Shown in pieces: positions 27,635 through 36,696 of a stretch of DNA of 64,000 bases. Source of the stretch: Bacteroidota bacterium (GTDB taxonomy: Bacteria > Bacteroidota > Bacteroidia > Bacteroidales > CAIWKO01). Position 1 is the stretch's first letter; every line of letters starts with the position of its first letter. The DNA lies in contig JBAXND010000005.1 in assembly GCA_037133915.1 (NCBI GenBank), positions 488-64,487 of the forward strand, in the 5' to 3' direction. The notes beneath the pieces were generated by a model. It was not told the origin of the DNA. It made no database searches and was given only the letters and a program-made list of their open reading frames with translations. The translations under genes and the position numbers were made by a program.

Positions 27635-28564
27635 TTGGCTATGGCTGAATACAGCATCATATCAGAACAAACAGGAAAATCGTACGAAGGCACCATGGCG
27701 CTTGAAGATATCACGTTCAGCGTGCATAGAGGCGAGTTGTTTGGCTTCATTGGTCCTGATGGCGCCGGCAAAACAACGCTGTTCCGAATCATTACCACAC
27801 TACTGCTGGCCGATAAAGGGCATATGGAGGTCGAAGGGTTTGAAGTAAAAAAGAATTACAGAAAGCTCAGACAAATTCTGGGGTATATGCCCGGCCGTTT
27901 TTCGCTTTATCAGGATTTGACCGTAGAAGAAAATCTGAAATTTTTTGCTACAACATTCGGCACAACCATCAAAGAGAATTATCATCTCATCAAAGATATT
28001 TACGGACAGATTGAGCCCTTTAAAGACCGTCGTGCTGGCGCACTTTCAGGCGGTATGAAACAAAAACTGGCACTTTCCTGTGCACTCATTCACAAACCTG
28101 CGTTGCTTGTTCTGGATGAACCGACTACAGGGGTTGATGCCGTTTCAAGAAAGGAATTTTGGGAAATGCTGCGCAATTTGCGGCGTGAAGGCATTTCAAT
28201 TGTGGTTTCTACACCTTATATGGATGAAGCAGGATTGTGCGACCGGGTTGCTCTGATGCAGTCAGGACACATTATGCAGAGTGGAAGCCCTGAAAGTATC
28301 GTGCAAAGTTTTTCAAAAAAAATAGTGGCCGTGAAGTCGACGGAGATGTACAGACTTCTTAAAGATATTGAAAAATCGGGCATTGCAGAAACTATTTACC
28401 CTTTCGGAGAATATGCACACATGATACCTGCTGATGGAAGCATTGACGAAACGGCTATTTCCCGATTTCTTGAATCGCAGGGTCACAGTGGCATTGAAGC
28501 GAAAATAATCAATGCCGGAATAGAAGATTGTTTTATTGAACTGATGCAAACAGTTAAGAAATAA
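27635..28564 (+). CDS. ABC transporter ATP-binding protein
   Basis: Walker A GPDGAGKTT, signature LSGGMKQK and Walker B LLVLDEPT. Confidence 0.9.
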   Translation: MAMAEYSIISEQTGKSYEGTMALEDITFSVHRGELFGFIGPDGAGKTTLFRIITTLLLADKGHMEVEGFEVKKNYRKLRQILGYMPGRFSLYQDLTVEENLKFFATTFGTTIKENYHLIKDIYGQIEPFKDRRAGALSGGMKQKLALSCALIHKPALLVLDEPTTGVDAVSRKEFWEMLRNLRREGISIVVSTPYMDEAGLCDRVALMQSGHIMQSGSPESIVQSFSKKIVAVKSTEMYRLLKDIEKSGIAETIYPFGEYAHMIPADGSIDETAISRFLESQGHSGIEAKIINAGIEDCFIELMQTVKK

Positions 28565-29301
28565 TGGCTGAAGAAACGATTATTCGTGTTCGCAATCTGG
28601 TGAAGAAATTTGGCAGCTTTATCGCTAACGACAACCTGAGTTTTGATGTTGCGAAGGGTGAGATTTTTGGCTTTCTGGGAGCCAATGGCGCAGGAAAAAC
28701 AACGGCGATAAAAATACTTTCGGGACTCTCGAAACCAACATCAGGCGAAGTGAGTATTGCCGGTATGGATGTCTACCATGATACCGAAAAGATTAAAAAA
28801 AGTATTGGGTATATGAGTCAGCGGTTTTCGTTGTACGAAGATCTTACCGTTGCTGAGAATATCCGCTTTTATGCCGGAATTTATGGCCTTTCGCGGACGC
28901 AGATAAAAGAACGTACCGATAAATTGCTTGAGCAATTAGGTCTGGAATCGTCGCGTAAAAGCCTGATAAAGGGATTGCCGCTTGGTTGGCGGCAAAAGCT
29001 GGCTTTTTCGGTTGCCATCATACATGAACCAAAAATTGTATTTCTGGATGAACCTACAAGTGGTGTAGATCCTGTTACACGCAGGCAATTCTGGGAAATG
29101 ATTTATCAGGCCGCAGCGAACAAGGTTACTGTTTTTGTTACCACTCACTATATGGATGAGGCTGAATACTGTGACCGCGTTAGCATTATGGTTGACGGGA
29201 AAATTGCCGCGCTCGACACTCCTTCAGAACTGAAAAAACAATATACCGTTGACAGCATGGATGAGGTGTTTGTAAAGCTGGCCAGAAACGATAGTCGCTA
29301 G
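28564..29301 (+). CDS. ABC transporter ATP-binding protein (second ATPase)
   Basis: Walker A GANGAGKTT and Walker B IVFLDEPTSG. The signature region is degenerate (LPLGWRQKL). The start overlaps the previous stop codon (TAATG). Confidence 0.9.
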   Translation: MAEETIIRVRNLVKKFGSFIANDNLSFDVAKGEIFGFLGANGAGKTTAIKILSGLSKPTSGEVSIAGMDVYHDTEKIKKSIGYMSQRFSLYEDLTVAENIRFYAGIYGLSRTQIKERTDKLLEQLGLESSRKSLIKGLPLGWRQKLAFSVAIIHEPKIVFLDEPTSGVDPVTRRQFWEMIYQAAANKVTVFVTTHYMDEAEYCDRVSIMVDGKIAALDTPSELKKQYTVDSMDEVFVKLARNDSR

Positions 29302-29325
29302 TAAATAGTCACAAGTAATAAGTAC
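29300..29325. repeat. Left arm of an imperfect 26-nt inverted repeat flanking the four-helix-bundle gene
   Basis: AGTAAATAGTCACAAGTAATAAGTAC compared with the reverse complement of 29718-29743, AGTAGTTAGTCATTAGTAGTTAGTAC, gives 20/26 identical. Both arms are rich in stop codons in several frames. Confidence 0.55.
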
Positions 29326-29361
29326 AATAAAATAAATATTCTATTAAGAAAACAATAAATT

Positions 29362-29718
29362 ATGAATGATTTTAAGAAGCTCAGTGTGTGGCAAAAAGCA
29401 GTTGATTTCTCTGTGAATTTATATCAAGTAACAGATATATATCCTGCTAAAGAAAAATTTGGTTTGGTTTCTCAGCTGAACAGGAGCTGTATTTCAATCG
29501 CTTCAAATATTGCTGAAGGAGCAGGAAGAACGACCATAAAGGAATTTAATAATTTCTTAAGTTTTGCATTAGGCTCATCTTATGAATGCGAAACACAAAT
29601 TATTATTTCAAACAAACTTGGCTTTTTACTAAACAAGGATTTTGAAAATTTAATTGGTAGAATTAGCGAAATTCAAAAAATGATTATCGGCTTGAGAAAC
29701 GCTAATTCTTGTACTTAG
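29362..29718 (+). CDS. Four-helix-bundle protein (23S rRNA intervening-sequence protein / Avd-like family)
   Basis: 118 aa. FKKLSVWQKAVDFSVNLYQVT..YPAKEKFGLVSQLNRSCISIASNIAEGAGR...FLSFALGSSYECETQ matches the TIGR02436-type consensus. It is noticeably more AT-rich than the flanking ABC genes. Confidence 0.85.
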   Translation: MNDFKKLSVWQKAVDFSVNLYQVTDIYPAKEKFGLVSQLNRSCISIASNIAEGAGRTTIKEFNNFLSFALGSSYECETQIIISNKLGFLLNKDFENLIGRISEIQKMIIGLRNANSCT

Positions 29719-29743
29719 TACTAACTACTAATGACTAACTACT
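29718..29743. repeat. Right arm of the inverted repeat flanking the four-helix-bundle gene
   Basis: GTACTAACTACTAATGACTAACTACT. See the left arm at 29300-29325. Confidence 0.55.
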
Positions 29744-29749
29744 TTTTTT

Positions 29750-30856
29750 ATGAAACGATTCTGGGGGTTTGTTGTAAAAGAGTTTTTCCACATATTTCGC
29801 GATAAGCGAACACTGTTGATATTGTTTGGGATGCCTGTGGCTCAAATGATGATCTTTGGTTACGTTGTTAAGAACGAAATTGCTGACGTAAAAATATCGA
29901 TACTGGATAAATCGCAGGATGCGGTAACGAAAAAGATAACCGACAAACTGTTGTCTTCAGGTTATTTTGTTCTTGACAGTAAACTCAGCACCGACGCGGA
30001 TATTGAGCAATCATTCCGCAGCGGCCGCGTGAAAGAAGTGGTTGTTTTTGAACCGCATTTTGCAGAAAAGCTGGATAAAGAAGGCAAGGTATCCATTCAT
30101 CTTATTGCCGATGCTTCAGATGCAAATACGGCAACACTCATCACGTCATATACCACCGCTATTGTAAACAGCTATATTGCGGAAGAGAACCGTGCTGCCG
30201 CAATTCCGATGCAAATCATTCCCGAAGTGCGCATGTTTTACAACGAAGAATTGAAAAGCGTTTTCATGTTTGTGCCCGGAACCATGACCATGATTCTGAT
30301 GTTGATATCTGCACTGATGACCTCCATCAGTATTGTGAGAGAAAAAGAAATGGGAACAATGGAAGTATTACTGGTATCGCCGTTGCGCCCCTTACAAATC
30401 GTGATTGGGAAAGTAATGCCTTATGCTGCATTATCTTTCGTTAACACTGTTTCAATTCTGGTGCTTAGCTATTTTGTTTTCGGATTGCCGATGCGAGGGA
30501 ATCTGATGCTTTTAATGGGCGAAAGTATGCTGTTTATCATGCTGGCACTGTCGTTGGGCATCCTGATATCAACGGTTACCAATTCGCAGCTTACAGCCAT
30601 GCTGATTTCTATGGTAGCGCTGATGTTGCCGACGATATTGCTTTCCGGTTTCATTTTTCCGATTGAAAATATGCCGCTGGTACTGCAGGGGCTTTGCCAG
30701 ATTATGCCGCCCAAATGGTTTATCATGATACTCAAAGGAATTATGCTTAAAGGAAACGGAATCTCCGGTGTTTGGAAAGAAACGGCTGTGCTGGCGGGAA
30801 TGACATTATTTTTTATAGGAATGAGCGTACGCCGATTTAAAATCAGGATGGATTAA
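29750..30856 (+). CDS. ABC-2 type transporter permease (YbhS/YbhR-like)
   Basis: One N-terminal TM helix, a large extracytoplasmic loop and a C-terminal block of 5 TM helices. Confidence 0.85.
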   Translation: MKRFWGFVVKEFFHIFRDKRTLLILFGMPVAQMMIFGYVVKNEIADVKISILDKSQDAVTKKITDKLLSSGYFVLDSKLSTDADIEQSFRSGRVKEVVVFEPHFAEKLDKEGKVSIHLIADASDANTATLITSYTTAIVNSYIAEENRAAAIPMQIIPEVRMFYNEELKSVFMFVPGTMTMILMLISALMTSISIVREKEMGTMEVLLVSPLRPLQIVIGKVMPYAALSFVNTVSILVLSYFVFGLPMRGNLMLLMGESMLFIMLALSLGILISTVTNSQLTAMLISMVALMLPTILLSGFIFPIENMPLVLQGLCQIMPPKWFIMILKGIMLKGNGISGVWKETAVLAGMTLFFIGMSVRRFKIRMD

Positions 30857-30886
30857 TGTTGACGGTTTGATAATGAAATCAAAGAA

Positions 30887-32008
30887 ATGAGAACAATCAG
30901 ATTTATAATTCAGAAAGAGTTTTTACAACTCCGGCGAAACAGAATGATGTTTCCGATATTGTTTGTGATTCCGCTCGTCCAGCTCATCATTCTTGCCAAC
31001 GCTGCCACCATGGAAATCAAAAATGTAAACATGGTTATTTGTGACAACGACCTTTCTACAGCATCGCGCAAGCTTACGGGCAAGTTTGCCGGATCACCTT
31101 TTTTTAAAATAAAAGACAGTACTTTTTCTGTTGATAACGCTATAAATCAGCTGCAGAGCGGAAAAACAGATGTGGCGATTATAATTCCCGCTCAATTTGA
31201 ACGTACTCTTGTGCGCGAAAACAAAGCAAAAGTGCAGATACTTGTAAATGCAATAAACGGAGCTGTTGCAGGCATCAGCAGCAGTTATATTACGGCTATC
31301 ATTGGTGGGTTTAACCGTGACGTAATTGCCGATTGGTATGGAGTACAGAAAGGTGTAGGCACATTAAAAAGTATCAATATCATACCCCAGTACTGGTACA
31401 ACCCTGAACTGAATTATAAAGTTTTTATGGTGCCTGCAATACTTGTGCTGCTGGTCACCATTACCGGGATGTTTCTGGCTGCCATGAATATTGTGCGCGA
31501 AAAAGAAATCGGAACGATAGAGCAGATCAATGTTACACCTATTCGAAAACATCAATTCATTATTGGAAAACTCGTGCCCTTCTGGATTATTGCCTTGATG
31601 GAATTGGCGTTTGGACTGACTCTCGGAAAATTGTTGTTTGATATACCGATAGTGGGCAATTTGGGCTTGCTGTTTTTGGTGACGGGCATTTACCTTTTAG
31701 CTATGCAGGGTATTGGGCTTTTCTTCAGCACTATGACGAATACCCAGCAGCAGGCCATGTTCATCTCCTTCTTTTTCATGATTGTGTTTACCATGATGAG
31801 CGGTATTTTTACCCCGGCCGAAAGTATGCCGCATTGGGCACAGTATTTTAATTATCTGAATCCGGTGGCCTATTTTATGAAGATGATTCGCATGATATTA
31901 CTGAAGGGCTCCGGTTTTATGGATATCTGGAAAATGATGCTCGCACTCGCTGTGTATGCAGGAGTGATGCTTTCTCTGGCCACTAGACGCTACAGAAAGA
32001 CGGTGTAA
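30887..32008 (+). CDS. ABC-2 type transporter permease (second subunit)
   Basis: Same architecture as the preceding permease. Confidence 0.85.
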   Translation: MRTIRFIIQKEFLQLRRNRMMFPILFVIPLVQLIILANAATMEIKNVNMVICDNDLSTASRKLTGKFAGSPFFKIKDSTFSVDNAINQLQSGKTDVAIIIPAQFERTLVRENKAKVQILVNAINGAVAGISSSYITAIIGGFNRDVIADWYGVQKGVGTLKSINIIPQYWYNPELNYKVFMVPAILVLLVTITGMFLAAMNIVREKEIGTIEQINVTPIRKHQFIIGKLVPFWIIALMELAFGLTLGKLLFDIPIVGNLGLLFLVTGIYLLAMQGIGLFFSTMTNTQQQAMFISFFFMIVFTMMSGIFTPAESMPHWAQYFNYLNPVAYFMKMIRMILLKGSGFMDIWKMMLALAVYAGVMLSLATRRYRKTV

Positions 32009-32020
32009 GGGTGCAGCGTT

Positions 32021-32052
32021 GCGTAACACTTTTTTGCAAAAAAGTGTTACGC
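32021..32052. terminator. Perfect 32-bp palindrome, a probable bidirectional terminator of the efflux operon
   Basis: GCGTAACACTTTTTT-GC-AAAAAAGTGTTACGC lies 13 nt after the permease stop codon. The T and A runs are inside the stem rather than after it. Confidence 0.5.
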
Positions 32053-32126
32053 GTGAATTCATTCAGGCAATTCATTATACTGATTTTTGACAGCCGCAAT
32101 GCTGGCACAGCAACTGAAGTAATCCC

Positions 32127-32134
32127 TATCTTTG
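32127..32134 (+). promoter_or_regulatory. Candidate -7 box (TATCTTTG)
   Basis: TAnnTTTG located 20-23 nt upstream of the GTG/ATG at 32154/32157. Confidence 0.4.
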
Positions 32135-32153
32135 ACCTCAATAAAACTATTTT

Positions 32154-33317
32154 GTGATGAAAACCGGTTTCTTTCTGATATTTGTTTCTATCGTTCTTGC
32201 CGTTTACGCAGCGGTAAACTATTACATTTTTATCCGTGGATGGCAGGCACTATCGGGGTTAATTACTTTGCGCTACTGGTATTTGGGTGCATTTCTTTTT
32301 CTGTCTTCTTCATATATACTTGCCCGTTTTCTGGAATATTATGCTCCATCGCCTGTAAGCCGCATGTTCGTGTGGATTGGTTCTTTCTGGCTTGCTGCCA
32401 TGCTGTACTTTTTCCTGATAGTTTTTCTTGTCGACATCGTCCGCATGTTCAATTATTTCTTCCACTTTCTGCCGCTTAGCGAGAGTCTGTTTTATGGCAA
32501 ACTGAAAATTATTTCTATTTCGGCTGCAACCGGAATTGTCGCTATTACCATTCTTGCCGGATATATAAATGCCGTTAATGTGCGTGTTAAGAGAATCGAT
32601 TTACAAATTGCTAAACACGCCGGAACGCTTCATCAGCTTAATATTGTGATGGCATCCGATATTCATTTGGGCAATCTTGTTGGAAAGAACAGGATGGGTT
32701 CAATTGTTGCTCAAATCAATGCGCTGAATCCTGATATTGTATTATTTGCCGGCGATGTTACGGACGAAGATCTGCGACCGGTGATTGAAAATAATCTGGG
32801 AGCTATGATTACGTCCATCAGGTCGAAATACGGTGTGTATGCAATTACCGGAAATCACGAATACATTGGTGGAGCGGTAAAAGCTGTCAAATACCTTGAA
32901 GAGCATGGCGTGAAAATGCTCCGCGACACAGCCATTACCATTGACAATTCATTTTGTCTTGCGGGACGTAACGACAAAGACAGCAGGCGTTTTACAGGCA
33001 TTGAGCGCAAGCCTTTTGATGAAGTTCTGAAAGATGCCGATAAAAATCTTCCGCTTATTTTAATGGACCACCAGCCTTTTAATCTTGAGCTTTCAGAAAA
33101 TGCCGGTGTGGATTTGCATCTTTCCGGACATACCCATAATGGACAAATGTGGCCATTGAATTATATTACGGGAGCTCTTTTTGAATTGGATTGGGGATAT
33201 AAAAAACGCGGGAATACGAATTACTACGTTTCTTGCGGTGCAGGAACATGGGGACCGCCGGTGCGCACAGGCAACCGACCGGAGATTGTAAATATCGTTT
33301 TGCATTTTATGGAATAA
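32154..33317 (+). CDS. Membrane-anchored metallophosphoesterase (YkuE/YaeI-like)
   Basis: About 4 N-terminal TM helices, then the calcineurin-like motifs ASDIHLG, AGDVTDE, GNHEY and GHTHNG. The start could be the ATG at 32157. Confidence 0.85.
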   Translation: MMKTGFFLIFVSIVLAVYAAVNYYIFIRGWQALSGLITLRYWYLGAFLFLSSSYILARFLEYYAPSPVSRMFVWIGSFWLAAMLYFFLIVFLVDIVRMFNYFFHFLPLSESLFYGKLKIISISAATGIVAITILAGYINAVNVRVKRIDLQIAKHAGTLHQLNIVMASDIHLGNLVGKNRMGSIVAQINALNPDIVLFAGDVTDEDLRPVIENNLGAMITSIRSKYGVYAITGNHEYIGGAVKAVKYLEEHGVKMLRDTAITIDNSFCLAGRNDKDSRRFTGIERKPFDEVLKDADKNLPLILMDHQPFNLELSENAGVDLHLSGHTHNGQMWPLNYITGALFELDWGYKKRGNTNYYVSCGAGTWGPPVRTGNRPEIVNIVLHFME

Positions 33318-33319
33318 AA

Positions 33320-34294
33320 CTATTCCATCGTTTTTATGAGCTGTGCCGCTTTTTCTTTCGGAATAAAGATATAGCCCTGTTGGTCGGTATAATTTTGGCC
33401 AATCGTCAGAACCCAGTTCACAAATTCTTTGAGCATTTTATCTTTTGGCTTTTCTTTCAGCACCAGATACATCTCTCTTGTAGGCGGTGACGGGTATTTA
33501 CCGGTGTTAATAGCCTGTTTCAAATCCGGCCATTTGTCATAAAACAGTTCACTGTCGTCCGCCTGTCCGTTATCGTTAAAATCTACCGGAGGAATATACA
33601 GCCCTTTTTGAAGAATACCTGTTGTATTGTTATACAGAAATATCATACTGCAGAAGCCAATACTGAAAGGCGATTGTGTAATGCTTTGAATTACCTCCTG
33701 ATCGGTAGTGCAACTTCCACCTTTTAATTCTGTTGCCCCAATACCAAGGAATTGCGCCCATGTATCAGACGAACCGCAGCTATCCTGAAGAATATATGCC
33801 TTGAGCGGGTAAATACTTTTTTTATTGTACAGGGCCGCCCAGCTTTTTGCTTTTCCCGTAAAAATATCTGCCAGCTGTTTTTTATTCAAACCGCTCATTA
33901 CAATGCTCTGGATGTGCTGATTGTCAAAGTTGATAACGGGCAGCAGCGCGTCTTTTGCAACAGGAACCGCCCACAGTCCGGAACTAAGTTCACCGGCGGT
34001 AAGCGGACGTTCAATAATAGCAGCCTGTGCTTTCCCGGTTAGTAAGGCGCGCAGCGCTTTCATTCCGTCCGATTTATGCACATCCGTAACAACCTTGGGA
34101 TATGCCTTTGCAAATTCAGTTGCCCAAATCCTTGAAAGAGCATAAACAGCATTGCCGGCTTCAATTTTTAATGTACCCGAAATGTCTCCGGCAGGCTTGT
34201 CATTTCCGGACCCATTCTCTTTTTTATCCTTTCCGGGACCACACGATGCAATAAGCAGAATACCCATCAATAAAGGGAAAATATATCTTTTCAT
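33320..34294 (-). CDS. PstS-like (phosphate-type) periplasmic substrate-binding lipoprotein
   Basis: I prefer the Met at 34294, which gives MKRYIFPLLMGILLIASCG (lipobox); the ORF track begins at 34396. Type-2 PBP pattern. No pstCAB genes lie adjacent. Confidence 0.65.
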   Translation of the reverse strand: MKRYIFPLLMGILLIASCGPGKDKKENGSGNDKPAGDISGTLKIEAGNAVYALSRIWATEFAKAYPKVVTDVHKSDGMKALRALLTGKAQAAIIERPLTAGELSSGLWAVPVAKDALLPVINFDNQHIQSIVMSGLNKKQLADIFTGKAKSWAALYNKKSIYPLKAYILQDSCGSSDTWAQFLGIGATELKGGSCTTDQEVIQSITQSPFSIGFCSMIFLYNNTTGILQKGLYIPPVDFNDNGQADDSELFYDKWPDLKQAINTGKYPSPPTREMYLVLKEKPKDKMLKEFVNWVLTIGQNYTDQQGYIFIPKEKAAQLIKTME

Positions 34295-34419
34295 AGCTAA
34301 AAACATTTTTAGTTTAAGCGAGTCAAAATTAAGCAAAACGGATATACAATGGCGGGACTCTTCGAAATTTATATAATCATCACCTTGCAAATTCATCCGG
34401 TAAACAATGGGGCTTTTTA

Positions 34420-34427
34420 TATCTTTG
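34420..34427 (+). promoter_or_regulatory. Candidate -7 box (TATCTTTG)
   Basis: TAnnTTTG located 17 nt upstream of the ATG at 34444. Confidence 0.4.
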
Positions 34428-34443
34428 TAGAAATCCGAATATA

Positions 34444-35100
34444 ATGGAAGAATCCTTTCACATAAGAAAAGCTGCAGAAAGGGACATCCCTTTTCTTGTT
34501 GAATCGGTTATTGCTGCTGAGAAAAGTGGTACGGAGACTCTGAGTTACAGTACAATTTTTAATATAAGTGAAGAAGAGGTAAAAGCATTGCTTTCCCGGA
34601 TTTTTGAAGAAGATATTCCCGGACAGGAGCTGTGTATTTCCGGGTTTTTAATAGCTGAAATAAATGGTGAATATGCCGGAGCCGTATCTGCTTGGGTTGA
34701 GGGCGTTGAAGGCCCTTCCACAATCATTAAAGCAAACATGCTCTCCTTTTTTCTGGGGAAAGAAAAAGTTGCCAATGCCACGACCAAAGGCACATTGCTT
34801 AATACCGTACATATTGAACGTGAAATCGGTGCATTGCAGCTGGAATCGGTATATACATGCAATAAATTCAGAGGACAAGGCGTTAGTGGTAAATTAATCG
34901 AAGAGCATATACGTCTGGTTAAGAAGGATTTTACCGATGTTAAAAGAGCACAGATACTGCTTGCTAAAACGAACAACAGCGCCTATAAAGCATATCATAA
35001 ACCGGGATTTTATACAGTCCTTGAAAGGAAATGCACCGATGCGGCAATACTTGATTTGTTGCCGGCAGATACCATGATTTTGATGCAAAAAGAAATTTGA
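34444..35100 (+). CDS. GNAT-family N-acetyltransferase
   Basis: 218 aa with the acetyl-CoA binding motif FRGQGVSGKLIEEHI (R/Q-x-x-G-x-G/A). Confidence 0.7.
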   Translation: MEESFHIRKAAERDIPFLVESVIAAEKSGTETLSYSTIFNISEEEVKALLSRIFEEDIPGQELCISGFLIAEINGEYAGAVSAWVEGVEGPSTIIKANMLSFFLGKEKVANATTKGTLLNTVHIEREIGALQLESVYTCNKFRGQGVSGKLIEEHIRLVKKDFTDVKRAQILLAKTNNSAYKAYHKPGFYTVLERKCTDAAILDLLPADTMILMQKEI

Positions 35101-35113
35101 TAACCAATAGAAA

Positions 35114-36637
35114 ATGCTCAGGAATCTGAATATTTATACGCGGAAGCGCCGATGGAAAATACTGTTGTTTGCTGCAGCAATGGTTATCTTCGCTGTTTCG
35201 CTGTGGTATATCGACAGTATCACTAAAACCATTGCCACCGACGAACGAAACAAGATACGGTTGTGGGTAGACGCCATTGATAAAAAAGCAAGTCTTGTAA
35301 ATGCCACCGATTTGTTTTTTGCAAAAATACGAGAAGAAGAACGCAAAAAAGTTGAGCTATGGGCCAATGCCAACGAACGACTGATACAAGCGGGCTATAA
35401 CGAAGACGTTACCTTTTACCTTGACATTATCAAGAGCAATACAACAATTCCGGTTATTCAAACTGATGAGAAGGGAAACATCAATCTTGCAAAAAATGTT
35501 GACTTTGACCTGAGTACCGTTAAGAAGTTTGAAGGACAGGTTGCAAAAGATTTCTCTGCCTATCCGCGAATAGAAATAAACTACTTCGGGAATAAAAAGA
35601 ATTACCTCTACTACAGAGATTCAAAATTGTTTACAGGCTTGCGCGATGTGCTCGACAAACAAATAAAATCATTTATTTCGGAGATTGTAACCAACGCCCC
35701 CTCGGTTCCGGTTATTGTTACGGACTTGACGCGCAAAAAAGTTATTACCTCCGGAAACCTTGATTCTGCTGCTATTCGCGAAGGTAATTTTCTTCAGAAT
35801 ACAATTACTCAAATGGAAGCTCAGAACCGACCCATCGAAATTGATATTCCCGGGCACGGTCGCTGCAACGTTTTCTACAAAGACTCATACCTTCTTACAC
35901 AACTTAAATATTTTCCCTACATCCAGTTTCTTATCATCGGCGTGTTTCTGTTTATTGCGTATCTGCTCTTCAGTACGGCAAGACGTTCGGAACAGAATCA
36001 GGTATGGCTCGGCATGGCTCGCGAAACCGCCCATCAGCTGGGCACACCATTATCTTCCTTAATCGCGTGGGTAGAGTTACTGCGTTTGAAAGGCGTTGAT
36101 GAAAGCGTGGTTACGGAAGTTATGAAAGATATCAAACGGCTTGAAATGATTACCGAGCGGTTTGCCAAAATAGGCTCTCCGCCTAAGCTGGATGATGATG
36201 ATATCTGTCGTGTGGTGAGAGAATCTGTCGATTATCTTAAGGTTCGCACGTCAAGTAAGGTTTCATATCAGGTAAATTGCCCGGAAAATGAGGCAATTGT
36301 TGCTCCAATTAATTTGCATCTTTTCGAGTGGGTAATCGAGAATTTATGTAAAAATGCGATTGATGCCATGAGTGGCACGGGTAGTATTGTCATAGATATC
36401 ACTGAAGATGAAACGAATGTTTTTATTGACGTGACCGATACGGGAAAAGGTCTTCCAAAATCAAAATTTAAAGCCATTTTCAATCCGGGCATAACTACTA
36501 AAAAAGTTGGATGGGGCCTCGGGCTCACTCTTTCTGAACGAATTATTGAGAACTATCATTCAGGACGCATCTTTGTAAAGTCCTCTACCATAAATAAAGG
36601 CACGACGTTTCGGATTGCTTTGCGCAAGCAGATTTAG
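35114..36637 (+). CDS. Sensor histidine kinase (orphan; no response regulator adjacent)
   Basis: Two TM helices flank a roughly 240-aa extracytoplasmic region. H-box ETAHQLGTPLSSL, N-box ENLCKNAIDA, and G-boxes DTGKGLP and GWGLGL. Confidence 0.85.
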   Translation: MLRNLNIYTRKRRWKILLFAAAMVIFAVSLWYIDSITKTIATDERNKIRLWVDAIDKKASLVNATDLFFAKIREEERKKVELWANANERLIQAGYNEDVTFYLDIIKSNTTIPVIQTDEKGNINLAKNVDFDLSTVKKFEGQVAKDFSAYPRIEINYFGNKKNYLYYRDSKLFTGLRDVLDKQIKSFISEIVTNAPSVPVIVTDLTRKKVITSGNLDSAAIREGNFLQNTITQMEAQNRPIEIDIPGHGRCNVFYKDSYLLTQLKYFPYIQFLIIGVFLFIAYLLFSTARRSEQNQVWLGMARETAHQLGTPLSSLIAWVELLRLKGVDESVVTEVMKDIKRLEMITERFAKIGSPPKLDDDDICRVVRESVDYLKVRTSSKVSYQVNCPENEAIVAPINLHLFEWVIENLCKNAIDAMSGTGSIVIDITEDETNVFIDVTDTGKGLPKSKFKAIFNPGITTKKVGWGLGLTLSERIIENYHSGRIFVKSSTINKGTTFRIALRKQI

Positions 36638-36696
36638 TATCACTTTTCACGACTCGTTTTTTTTTGTTATTTTCGCACTAGCAAACTACAAACAGA

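Noticed and set aside
29362-29718. Four-helix-bundle protein as a marker of a diversity-generating retroelement (Avd)
   Set aside because: I could find no reverse transcriptase ORF and no template/variable repeat pair anywhere in the window.
32132-32479. 115-aa alternative-frame ORF overlapping the start of the metallophosphoesterase gene
   Set aside because: The overlapping frame at 32154-33317 continues into clear calcineurin-like motifs, whereas this frame has none.
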